Positions 1-9,052 of a stretch of DNA of 64,000 nt are shown here, in pieces (the first letter of the stretch is position 1; every line of letters begins with the position of its first letter). Below the pieces are notes generated by a model, which saw nothing but the letters and a program-made list of their open reading frames with translations, did no database searches and was not told the DNA's origin. The translations under genes and the position numbers were made by a program. Source of the DNA: an uncultured Colwellia sp. (GTDB lineage: Bacteria; Pseudomonadota; Gammaproteobacteria; Enterobacterales; Alteromonadaceae); assembly GCA_963977145.1 (NCBI GenBank), contig CAXBNP010000016.1:18814-82813 (forward strand), in the 5' to 3' direction.

Positions 1-715
1 ACTCGTAGTTACCTGGATAAACACGTAGTTCACCATAATCTATATCAGCCATATGCGTACAGACAGAATTAAGAAAATGTCTATCATGAGAAATAATAAT
101 CATGGTACATTTGCGTTTATTCAACTCACCTTCTAACCAAGTGATGGTATGAATATCCAGGTTGTTGGTCGGCTCATCGAGTAATAAAATGTCTGGGTTA
201 GCAAACAAGGCTTGTGCAAGCAACACACGTAGCTTCCAACCTGGTGCAACTTGCTGCATTGAACCGTAATGAAACGACTCATCAATACCTGCTTCTAGTA
301 ATATTTCGCCCGCGCGACTCTCTGCGGTGTAGCCGTCCATTTCTGCAAATTGGCTTTCTAAATCACCCACACGCATGCCATCGGCTTCACTCATTTCAGC
401 TTGCGCGTAAATAGCATCTCTTTCTTGCTTTACTTTCCATAGCGGCATATCACCCATGATCACAGTATCAATAACATTATGTGCTTCAAAAGCGAATTGA
501 TCTTGGCCCAACGTACTGACTTTGTTACCTGTACTTACCGATACATTACCTGAACTTGGCACTAAATCGCCACTCAGTATCTTCATAAATGTAGACTTGC
601 CACAGCCATTTGCGCCGATCAAACCGTAGCGGTGACCGTTGCCAAATTTAGCCGAAATATTTTCAAATAACGGCTCTGCGCCAAATTGCATTGTAATGTT
701 CGATGTAGTGATCAA
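1..715 (-). CDS. ybiT: ABC-F family ATPase, YbiT-like (5' part; the gene continues beyond the window start)
   Basis: Reverse translation from TTG 715 (AGGAAG RBS just upstream) gives [50 protein letters not shown] (Walker A), then [31 protein letters not shown] (signature + Walker B), then [20 protein letters not shown]. This is colinear with E. coli YbiT as I remember it. It is missing from the ORF track because it is open at position 1. Confidence 0.85.
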   Translation of the reverse strand, partial: MITTSNITMQFGAEPLFENISAKFGNGHRYGLIGANGCGKSTFMKILSGDLVPSSGNVSVSTGNKVSTLGQDQFAFEAHNVIDTVIMGDMPLWKVKQERDAIYAQAEMSEADGMRVGDLESQFAEMDGYTAESRAGEILLEAGIDESFHYGSMQQVAPGWKLRVLLAQALFANPDILLLDEPTNNLDIHTITWLEGELNKRKCTMIIISHDRHFLNSVCTHMADIDYGELRVYPGNYE

Positions 716-1274
716 AGAAATCTTCCTATTTTGTCTTAACTGAACTCATTAACTATTAGTTGCAAACGGATAGCTTTAAAGTGATAGTTAATACTGTAAT
801 TGTTGTAACCAAGCTAGTCGTATTAATAAACAACCGCTCAGCCACCATAATAAAGCCGCGCATTATACAGTAATAATGCTTCGATCCCCACCGAAACTTT
901 GCTTTAAAGTGATTATTTTATAAACAGCGTTATATCGCTTTGTCTTTGGTAATACATCTGATGTTATTTAAAGCGACAATATGCACCTTATGCAATAAAG
1001 TATGTCCGCACCAGTCTGCTCAAACCACAGGCCAATCATTATAGTGCTAATGCACTAGGCGATTTACCTCAAGCCCTTAATTATGGCTTTAAATACGCCT
1101 ATCGCTTGTCTATTATTGTCAAGATTTTTAACACTTGTGTTTAGCTAACTAAAAATCAAAACAGCAAGCAATTGTTTTAATAAATTAAAAACTAAAAGGA
1201 ATGTTTCTTGCTTTACATGTAAATTAACATCGTTCTGAAAATTTTCTATAATTTTCTATATATAAAGTAAAGGA

Positions 1275-1943
1275 ATGCTTGTGAAAACATTAAAAATACT
1301 ACTGTTAATCTGTGGGTTATTTATAGTATCCCATGCTAAAGCCGGTTTTATTACTACCAATGAATCAGCACTCGATGCTATATTTTCCCAAGCTAGTTTT
1401 GGTTTCACTCCCATTGATATACGTATAGGTGCGGCTTCAGAAATAGTTGCTCCAAGCCTGTTAAATATCACCAGTAATGCAGAAATTTCGCAACTATTTA
1501 GCATGCATATTGGTGCACTAAATATCGTAAACTTTTATTTTATTGATAACATCAGTGCCTGTGGTGGCACAATAAATACGGGTATCGTTGGCTGCGGTGA
1601 GCTTCCCGGAAATGATTTTGTCGTAGAATCGTCATTCGCAGCGGGCCGCTTTGGTGGCGAGTTGTTGGCGCATGAATTAGGTCATAACTTAGGCTTGGGT
1701 CACAGATCTGGCGGTTTGATGAACCCTTCTCTAAATAACAGCACCACGTTAACATCAAGTGAAGTAAGTTTCCTTCGTAATAGTCCTTTAGTACAAACCG
1801 ATGGCCAAGACTTTTGGATTAATATTAACCCTGTACTGATTGTAGCTGTAGCCAGTAGGCCAGTTCCTGAACCAATGACCTTAGTTTTATTTTTACTTTC
1901 TTTTGCCATTTTAGTTAGCAATGGACTTAATAAGAGCCGATAA
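1275..1943 (+). CDS. Small secreted metzincin-like zinc metalloprotease with a C-terminal PEP-CTERM sorting signal
   Basis: Signal peptide MLVKTLKILLLICGLFIVSHA. Zinc motif HELGHNLGLGH, followed by GGLMNPS as a candidate Met-turn. C-terminus VPEP + MTLVLFLLSFAILVSNGL + NKSR matches PEP-CTERM architecture. Confidence 0.75.
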   Translation: MLVKTLKILLLICGLFIVSHAKAGFITTNESALDAIFSQASFGFTPIDIRIGAASEIVAPSLLNITSNAEISQLFSMHIGALNIVNFYFIDNISACGGTINTGIVGCGELPGNDFVVESSFAAGRFGGELLAHELGHNLGLGHRSGGLMNPSLNNSTTLTSSEVSFLRNSPLVQTDGQDFWININPVLIVAVASRPVPEPMTLVLFLLSFAILVSNGLNKSR

Positions 1944-1957
1944 AAGTAATACTGTTA

Positions 1958-1997
1958 ACCTTGCGTTATTTTAAGTACTTAGTTAATAACGCAAGGT
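1958..1997 (+). terminator. Strong intergenic hairpin (possible terminator or attenuator, no U-tract)
   Basis: ACCTTGCGTTATT (1958-1970) pairs perfectly with AATAACGCAAGGT (1985-1997). The loop contains the palindrome TAAGTACTTA. It starts 15 nt after the stop of the PEP-CTERM protease gene. Confidence 0.4.
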
Positions 1998-2017
1998 CAT
2001 TATTCCATGGAATTATT

Positions 2018-2464
2018 ATGCAACTTGGTAAATCTATTTTAGTCGCCACTGTTATTGCTCTTCTGTATATCAGCCCGTCAAATAGCCAAGATAAAAAGCC
2101 ACTCAGCAATTGGCTTGAATTTTGTCCGAATAGTCAATTATGTTTTGAACGACCACGTAGTTTAATACCTGCTGAAGTACTTATTATAGATTCAATTGCC
2201 GGTCAATTAGAGAATGAAAATTTCACTTTATTTTATGACTTAGGGCTGTATTCTTCAACATTTGATGAGTTAACGACGGCTAGCTCTGAGCCCGTAATAA
2301 TTGACGGCCATCGGGGTAAAATTTTAATACAAAAAAATAAAATGGCACTTACTATTCCCAACGTTGCTGAGAAAGTGGGCTTTGCTATGTTAATTGAGTT
2401 TAAAAATGTTACACAATTAGAGCTAGGTCGACGGATTTTCAAATCTGTAAAATTTAAACTATGA
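2018..2464 (+). CDS. Hypothetical secreted protein
   Basis: The ORF track lists 1961..2464. ATG 2018 gives a signal-like N-terminus, MQLGKSILVATVIALLYISPSNSQ. I recognise no family. It is co-directional with and immediately downstream of the metzincin gene. Confidence 0.55.
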   Translation: MQLGKSILVATVIALLYISPSNSQDKKPLSNWLEFCPNSQLCFERPRSLIPAEVLIIDSIAGQLENENFTLFYDLGLYSSTFDELTTASSEPVIIDGHRGKILIQKNKMALTIPNVAEKVGFAMLIEFKNVTQLELGRRIFKSVKFKL

Positions 2465-3267
2465 AATAACCACTAATAAAGCGTACACAATAGTTTCCTT
2501 TCTACTTAATGCAAATCAATACCCGCTTCATATGTACTGAGCCAAAGTATTAGTACTACGAGTTAAAACTATTGGCAAAGCAACTTAATTTATAGCGACT
2601 GGCATATTCCTCCCCTCCTGACTAGCAAGTACTTTTCATTTGGTAAAAACATAAATCACTATTTTGTGCTTATAGCCAAATCCTGAAGATTGTCGCTAAA
2701 AGCGTACTGTTATTCACCTTGATACACTGATATTTAGCATTAATGTTTCAATACTAACTTTGGTATTTAGCCGCTATAGCAGTAGTTAAGAAAATTTAGT
2801 CTAAGCATCTAGCAAAGATATAATTGCTGGTACTTTTTTATCCGAAAGTAAACATTTACGAGCTTTCTAAGCGTAATCCCAATTAAATTGAATATTGCCA
2901 AAGTACTCATAACATCTACGAGCAAAAAATTACCGCCGTGATAGCACACAAGACATTGACAAAAAAAAGTTCAGATAAAACAGCGTTATATATAAATAAA
3001 AGCTTCATATTATTACGACTTTTTTTCTAAAATTAGCGACATCAAAACCTAACCAATTAGTCAGCTTATCTAAACTTTGTCCTCGCAACCGTGCGAAAAA
3101 ATGTCGTAATCTTACTATTTAAATATCTATCATTCCTTTCTAATCAATTACCGAGAAATCGGTGCTAAAAAAATAATAATGCCAAAAGTAAAGCGCTTAC
3201 ATTTAATGTAATTATTCATCTTTGCCTTAGCATATAAAAACAACAGAATTAGTTTATGGAGAATAGT

Positions 3268-4029
3268 ATGTTAAAGAAAGTCGCCAGTAAGGCATTGATA
3301 GCTTTATCAATATCGGCAGCATTGACTACATCAGTAATGGCTAGAGACGTAGTAGTTGATGTGTATTACACCGCCGCAGCAAAAGCTCGAAGCTTTGATA
3401 TCAATGCAGAGATTGCAAATATTGTTGCTGATTCAAATGCTAACTATAAGAAGAATGGCTTAGACATTAACTTAGTTTTAGCTTGGGAAGGTGAGAACCA
3501 AGTAAGCACAAATTACGTTGCTTCATGGGGTAATATCCAAAGCCTTTACAAGAATAACCAAATTCGCAATTGGCGCGATCAGTACAACGCTGATTTCGTT
3601 GTTGTTATTGGTAGTGCACAAAGCTCTTCTGGTGGCACTACTTGTGGCATTGCTGGCTCTATCTATGGGATGAATGATGTGTTCCCAGATCACGATGCTT
3701 ACGATAGTTACGCCTACAATATCACTGCTAATAACTGTGGCGATACAACCCTAACATTTATGCACGAGTTAGGTCACAACATGGGCTTAGGTCACTCAGT
3801 AAGACAAGGCGCTGAAGGTGGTGTTTATAGCTGGGCTGTGGGTTACGGTGTTGATAACCAATTTGCCACTATCATGGCATACCCGCAAGAGTTTAATACC
3901 ACTAATCAACTGTCTTACTTCTCTAACCCGGGTTTGGCATTAAACGGGGAACGTATTGGTGTTAACAATGTTGCTGACTCGCAAAGAGCACTTGAACTAG
4001 TTACCAATACTATTGCTACATTTCGTTAA
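3268..4029 (+). CDS. Secreted reprolysin/M12B-like zinc metalloprotease (small metzincin)
   Basis: Signal peptide MLKKVASKALIALSISAALTTSVMA. Zinc motif HELGHNMGLGHS (HExxHxxGxxH) with ATIMAYP downstream as a Met-turn candidate. GGAG at 3258-3261 favours ATG 3268; the ORF track start is 3256. Confidence 0.8.
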   Translation: MLKKVASKALIALSISAALTTSVMARDVVVDVYYTAAAKARSFDINAEIANIVADSNANYKKNGLDINLVLAWEGENQVSTNYVASWGNIQSLYKNNQIRNWRDQYNADFVVVIGSAQSSSGGTTCGIAGSIYGMNDVFPDHDAYDSYAYNITANNCGDTTLTFMHELGHNMGLGHSVRQGAEGGVYSWAVGYGVDNQFATIMAYPQEFNTTNQLSYFSNPGLALNGERIGVNNVADSQRALELVTNTIATFR

Positions 4030-4104
4030 TCACGCATATAGCGTAATTGGTTTTAGTAAAAAAAGCGAAGTGAGTCATTACCAGTTAAGTTAATTTTTCT
4101 TTAA

Positions 4105-4136
4105 ACAGGCCTTAAATAAAATTAGGGCCTGTCTTT
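4105..4136 (+). terminator. Probable intrinsic terminator of the metzincin gene
   Basis: ACAGGCCTTAA (4105-4115) pairs with TTAGGGCCTGT (4122-4132, one G-U pair), followed by CTTT. The U-tract is short. Confidence 0.45.
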
Positions 4137-4206
4137 AAAAAATTATGGCTTTAATTTATAAGCCATTAATAATATTTAATATAAAACTAAATATTAATCA
4201 GGAAAT

Positions 4207-4929
4207 TTGATGAAAAAAACGTTAATAATATTAGTCGCCTTAAGCATTGTTTTCACTACCGTGTACTGGTTAGACGCATCCGACGACATTGCTGTAATGA
4301 GTAAAAATACAGCAAATATAGTTAAAAATGGCGCTGTACCGTCTAAAAACTTACTGCCTCATCCCCCACATGCAAGCGTAATAAAAGTAAAACCTATCCC
4401 GTCGGCTAATAGTAAAGTTACGGTTATTGAAAGCTCAGATAATACACTAGGTGAAACACCATTCGCTCAATCAGCAACAGCCGAGACGGTATTAAAAGCT
4501 TCGGGGAAGCTAAGAGAAAACCTGCGGGGTGAAGTTTATTTGGCAATAGACAACGACCATATTGCCGCACTTGAAGCAGGCGATACTCTAGAGCTTGATA
4601 TCCCCTTCTTTGATATATATCAGGATGTTGCAATAGAAAGTACTAAATTTGATAGCCGCGGGAATAAAACTATCAACGCTTCTTTTTTAATGAATGAAGA
4701 TATTTACACTACGACCATTACCCTTAATAAACGTGCTATTTATGGACACATTGAAACACCCCATGGCATTTATTCTTTAGCCGGCAATGGTCAATATGCT
4801 TGGATGGCCGAAGTAAAGGATTTAGTACACGGCGCAATACCAGATCAAATGGGTGGCAATACACACGATGGCAGTGCAGATCCTCAACCCATTATTGACC
4901 CAAAGCCTATTGAAATTAAAGACAAGTAA
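4207..4929 (+). CDS. Hypothetical membrane-anchored or secreted protein
   Basis: 240-aa ORF with an N-terminal hydrophobic segment, KKTLIILVALSIVFTTVYWL. No catalytic motif recognised. It lies 177 bp downstream of the metzincin gene on the same strand. Confidence 0.55.
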   Translation: MMKKTLIILVALSIVFTTVYWLDASDDIAVMSKNTANIVKNGAVPSKNLLPHPPHASVIKVKPIPSANSKVTVIESSDNTLGETPFAQSATAETVLKASGKLRENLRGEVYLAIDNDHIAALEAGDTLELDIPFFDIYQDVAIESTKFDSRGNKTINASFLMNEDIYTTTITLNKRAIYGHIETPHGIYSLAGNGQYAWMAEVKDLVHGAIPDQMGGNTHDGSADPQPIIDPKPIEIKDK

Positions 4930-5097
4930 TAACCTAATGTAGCGCACGGTAGCTTTATCGCCTAGCAGCTTGCTTTATGGTCGCTTTTAAACTTCAGTTA
5001 AGACATGTTAAGCGGTATTTAAAGTGCATCAAAACTGGACAATAAGATTAGTTATTAGTAAAAATCGCTGAAGTGTCCTTAGCGGCACTTCACTAAG

Positions 5098-5874
5098 ATG
5101 GGATATCTACAACATAAGATGAGGCTAAAATTGCATTGTTCCTTATTAGCATTGCTCCTATTTTCGCTGTTAGCATTACCTGTTTGGGCTTTAGAGACCG
5201 AACAGGATTATAGTGTTGAGCCGCCATTACTTTTACAGTGGGGATTCGTGCATTTTCCGCCTTTAATCTATTTGGATGAGGAAAAAAAACCCAAAGGAGA
5301 TTTAGCTGAATTGATGGCAGCGATAAGCCTCGACAGTGGTATTCCCTACAAAGCCATGCTATTTCCAAATATCAGGGCTATTTTCAACCTCAATCAACAG
5401 CAAATAAACTTTGCTATTGCGGCTAAATCTCTGGTAAATAATGAAAATAATTTTCTTATTAGTCGCTTTCCCGTTGCAGAAATACAACTACGTACTTTAT
5501 GGCGCACAGGTACTAAACCTGTTCATTCCATTGAAGATTTAATGGCTAAGCGACTAATACTGCTAAGGGGGTATACCTATGGAGGCATACGGGCGAAAGT
5601 AGAACAAATCAGCGAAAATAATTTTGAGGTAGAAAATCATGAAAGAGCTCTCACCGCCTTAAAATTTAAGCGTGGTGATTACGCTATAGTTTATAAAAGC
5701 GCCAGTGAATATAGTATGTCGATGGCTGCTAAAACTGACTTTGAATACTCGATTATCGGAACGGTTGAGCTGTTTTTTATACTTAACGCTAAAGTGCCTT
5801 ATGCAGAGCAAATTATGCAGCGCCTAGAAGCAGCTTTTTTACGCTACCAGGAAACATTAAATGTAAAAAACTAG
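5098..5874 (+). CDS. Periplasmic substrate-binding protein, family 3 (amino-acid-type SBP fold), orphan
   Basis: Signal peptide LLALLLFSLLALPVWA. The layout LQWGFVHFPPLIYLDEEKKPKGDLAELM...RLILLRGYTYGG is typical of SBP_bac_3-like proteins. No permease or ATPase gene is adjacent. Confidence 0.6.
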   Translation: MGYLQHKMRLKLHCSLLALLLFSLLALPVWALETEQDYSVEPPLLLQWGFVHFPPLIYLDEEKKPKGDLAELMAAISLDSGIPYKAMLFPNIRAIFNLNQQQINFAIAAKSLVNNENNFLISRFPVAEIQLRTLWRTGTKPVHSIEDLMAKRLILLRGYTYGGIRAKVEQISENNFEVENHERALTALKFKRGDYAIVYKSASEYSMSMAAKTDFEYSIIGTVELFFILNAKVPYAEQIMQRLEAAFLRYQETLNVKN

Positions 5875-6403
5875 GGTAAAGATAGGCCATAATTCAGCTA
5901 TATTAGTGCCAGTTGCTAGGTACTAATTTAAAAATCAGCGATAAATATGCTTCTACCCATTCTCAGCAATATTTAATTACCTAGATAAATTATAGTTAAC
6001 AAACATTAGTTTGCTTTCAATAGATTAATGGCCTATTACTCAACAATATAAGGAGCCTATATAAGCAATTACCGAGATGGTTAGTAGCGGCCATGAAACA
6101 ATCAAGCACCTTACCTGCACGCATAAAGCGACTTATATTTGGTCTGGAACACTTTATATCTATTCATGTTGATTTTGCCACACAATTATTGAATGCCGCT
6201 TTATGTATAATGGTATTAGTATGTAGAAATACCATAGATTCTGAGCTATTTAATTTAGTAGCATTTCGCCCATTTTCATCAGGAAAAATCCGAGCATTTA
6301 TCTGCCACATTGCGTAAGGTTTACTTTACCTTTTACTAAACAATAATACTTTAAATTTATTTTACTTTTCACCATGACAATAAAATATCATCAGCCGATA
6401 TAG

Positions 6404-6477
6404 GCAATTAAATATTATTGCCTAAACACAGGCAACTAAATATAGTTGCAATTATAAAAGCAATTAAATATTATTGC
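6404..6477. promoter_or_regulatory. Three 18-bp palindromic boxes phased every 28 bp upstream of satD (operator-like array)
   Basis: GCAATTAAATATTATTGC at 6404-6421, GCAACTAAATATAGTTGC at 6432-6449, and GCAATTAAATATTATTGC at 6460-6477. The first and third boxes are identical. The middle box is a perfect 6-6-6 palindrome. The array ends 28 bp before the satD ATG. Confidence 0.5.
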
Positions 6478-6505
6478 TTGGGTTATGTTCTAGAGGATAA
6501 TTAAT

Positions 6506-7144
6506 ATGATTGCTGTCTTAACTGGAGATCTTGTCAATTCAACCAAGATGTCCAATGTAACCTATGCAGAAGTTATCAACAGCCTTAAAGGCTTGCTTCA
6601 AGAGGTTAATGAAAAGTATCAGGCTATTGGTGAAATATATCGAGGTGATGAATTTCAGATCCAGTACCCTGATCCTATTAACGCCTTAAAAAGCACCTTA
6701 TTAATTAAGCTTGCTCTGCATTTATCAAAATTTTCACCAAAACCTATTCAGTGCACGTTATCCCTAGCGTATGGCGCGTATGATATTTATGATAAAAAGC
6801 CAAACACTTCATCAGGACCAGTATTTATTGCCTCTGGTAGAGCATTAGCAAAAGCTCAACGAGGTGAATTATCGATACGTTTTCAGCAGAAATCATATAG
6901 CGATGACATTCAGCTGCTAAACCAGTTTTTAAATCATTTACTCAATAGACTAACGAAAACACAAGCAGCATTATTGTATCAATACATAGCAAGTGATTTT
7001 GCCGAGCATAAAAAAATTGCCGAAATAACCGGTACAACAAGACAAAACATCAGTAATAGACTAAGCAATATTGGCGCTTTTCTCATCAGAGATTATATGG
7101 CAGTAATAAACAAAAAAGTTATGCGGTTCAAGGAGAACAACTAA
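6506..7144 (+). CDS. SatD-family protein
   Basis: The N-terminus MIAVLTGDLVNSTK and overall size are typical of the SatD family. The C-terminal segment IAEITGTTRQNISNRLSNIG is HTH-like. RBS AGAGGA lies upstream. Confidence 0.7.
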   Translation: MIAVLTGDLVNSTKMSNVTYAEVINSLKGLLQEVNEKYQAIGEIYRGDEFQIQYPDPINALKSTLLIKLALHLSKFSPKPIQCTLSLAYGAYDIYDKKPNTSSGPVFIASGRALAKAQRGELSIRFQQKSYSDDIQLLNQFLNHLLNRLTKTQAALLYQYIASDFAEHKKIAEITGTTRQNISNRLSNIGAFLIRDYMAVINKKVMRFKENN

Positions 7145-8004
7145 TGGAATTATTACTCTTGATGCTAACGGCTCACTTCATCGCAAATTTCTATCTCCAA
7201 CCCGCTAGTGGGAATAATAGCAGTAACACCAAGCATATAAAGCCTCATAAACTATGGCTGCATTTTATTGTCTATACACTGCTTTATATCATGGTATTTC
7301 TATTCTCTGAGTTATCACTACTTTCCGCAACTATTGCAATTGTAATCATATCGCTATCGTACATTCTTAGCGTTTATTTGAAATTTTATCGGGTAAATAA
7401 TCTTAGCTACTTTTTGCTAGATCAAAGCATTCAACTGCTCATTATTACTCTTGTCTGGGCTTATTTTTCTAATGTCACATTAGATCAAATCATAGTATTT
7501 ATAGCGCAGTTTTTAACCACAAAGAATATGGTCATTGCCATATCATACCTACTGGTTTGTAAACCGGCCTCGGTGATTATTTCATTAGCATTAAAAAAGC
7601 ACACCGATAGTCTAGCGCATCCTGCAACAGAGCCTCAAGCGCATTCAAGCGCAGAAATCAATGAAGATAGCAATGCTAAACTATCCGTCAGCATAATTAA
7701 AAATGATTGTCTTGAACAGCTTGCTAGTCCAGCGGCTATCGATAAAAATGAAAATATTGGCCTACTATCAGCAGGCGCTTGGATTGGTTATATTGAGCGA
7801 TGCTTAGCTATTTCTTTTATCTTCATGGGGCAATTTGCCGGTATTGGTTTCTTAGTCGCGACTAAAACGATATTTAGATTTGGTGATTTAACCAAAAATA
7901 AAGACATGAAGCTTACTGAATATATGATGTTAGGCACCTTATTAAGCTACGCTATTGCTTTATTTGTTGGCTGGAATGGATTGCGAATTTATCAAGCAAT
8001 GTAA
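7144..8004 (+). CDS. DUF3307 (SatE-like) integral membrane protein
   Basis: Multi-TM 286-aa ORF. The N-terminal LTAHFIANFYLQP resembles the DUF3307 signature. Its ATG overlaps the satD stop (TAATG at 7142-7146), which implies translational coupling. Confidence 0.65.
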   Translation: MELLLLMLTAHFIANFYLQPASGNNSSNTKHIKPHKLWLHFIVYTLLYIMVFLFSELSLLSATIAIVIISLSYILSVYLKFYRVNNLSYFLLDQSIQLLIITLVWAYFSNVTLDQIIVFIAQFLTTKNMVIAISYLLVCKPASVIISLALKKHTDSLAHPATEPQAHSSAEINEDSNAKLSVSIIKNDCLEQLASPAAIDKNENIGLLSAGAWIGYIERCLAISFIFMGQFAGIGFLVATKTIFRFGDLTKNKDMKLTEYMMLGTLLSYAIALFVGWNGLRIYQAM

Positions 8005-8499
8005 ATTTTATAGTGCAACTAATGGTAACCGTGCTATTAATATTTTGCTCTTATTGCACGCAGGGAAAATAACCCAAAACACATATGTATAGCGACTGAC
8101 TAAACATAAGTCACTACACTGGTGTAGGCAAGGCAAACGATTTATTCTTCCATATAAGCCAGTAACATGATGCCGGTAGCTATTGTCGAGCAATAGCAGT
8201 CTCATGAGTTTGAGCGTACAAGTTTTTAGTTCCAAACAAAAGCAAAGTACTGTCAGCCCCTTTGAGCAACACAGCCTTGAGCTAAGCTAATCAGCACAAG
8301 TTGTGCAAGAACTTAATGGTAAAGGTATCAATTATTCAAAAACATCATTAAGCTGATGTAAAGTTAGCTATGAATTGATTGTAGACTGCTGTTTTATGGG
8401 GAGAATAGTGACTAGAGATGGCCATGAAAACTCCAGGGTTTACTCATAGCTACTCGTCATAAACCTGTCATTAATAAAGCTGCACACTAGCAGATATGA

Positions 8500-8775
8500 T
8501 CAAACAAAGTATTCGCTTGCTGCAGGATGCTTTTCCAGATATTTAACAATGTATGAACATTTTGCCACGGCTTTTTTGTTATCCTTTTGGATCTGCTCAA
8601 GTACCGCCTCTAAAAGAGTTTTAGCAAGACCTTTTCCTGCAAGCTCTTCAGGGACAATAGTCTGTGTTAAATGCATGCTGCCATTTTGATCATCGTAAGT
8701 GATGTACGCTATATGCCCGTCGATATGATATTCATATTTAGCTGCTTGTGCGTTATGTATCAGTGTGTAGGACAT
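8500..8775 (-). CDS. Short GNAT-family N-acetyltransferase (YjdJ-type, about 90 aa)
   Basis: MSYTLIHNAQAAKYEYHIDGHIAYITYDDQNGSMHLTQTIVPEELAGKGLAKTLLEAVL...KCSYIVKYLEKHP matches the single-domain GNAT_2 pattern. Confidence 0.7.
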   Translation of the reverse strand: MSYTLIHNAQAAKYEYHIDGHIAYITYDDQNGSMHLTQTIVPEELAGKGLAKTLLEAVLEQIQKDNKKAVAKCSYIVKYLEKHPAASEYFV

Positions 8776-8867
8776 GTTTGTTCCTTTAATATCAAATTGA
8801 TTAAATTTATTTCAACTGAAAAATAGCACGAAATATCAAAGTATACATGTCATATATTTGCTAAAAG

Positions 8868-8883
8868 TGTCACATTACTGACA
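8868..8883. promoter_or_regulatory. TGTCA-N6-TGACA palindrome upstream of cbpA (candidate Crp-family box)
   Basis: TGTCA CATTAC TGACA at 8868-8883. A degenerate copy, TGTCA TATATT TGCTA, lies at 8848-8863. The core is the same as the palindrome upstream of dnaK (18648-18673). Confidence 0.4.
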
Positions 8884-9052
8884 TTGAACATCTTCTTTTT
8901 TATTTATACTCATGCTATCAAATAGGATTATCTAAAATTAATCGTCGGTGATTGCAACTTTGAGTTATTAATCAGCCACTTTATCTACTAAAATCATTTA
9001 CAAAAGCTAATTACAAAAGTTAACTGCAATATCAAATATGCAGGAGGTCAGT

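Noticed and set aside
214-414. A 66-aa plus-strand ORF inside the ybiT-like gene.
   Set aside because: It is antisense to a strongly supported ABC-F coding sequence.
6093-6317. Small intergenic ORFs: 6093-6317, 8008-8235, 10261-10584, 12267-12455, 36424-36624 and 40993-41190.
   Set aside because: They have no RBS, no recognisable motifs and odd composition, and several overlap terminators or neighbouring genes. I do not report them as genes.
6404-6477. A regularly spaced repeat array considered as a mini-CRISPR.
   Set aside because: It has only three 18-bp palindromic repeats with 10-bp spacers, and no cas genes. The dimensions are far below CRISPR repeat and spacer sizes. It fits an operator array better.
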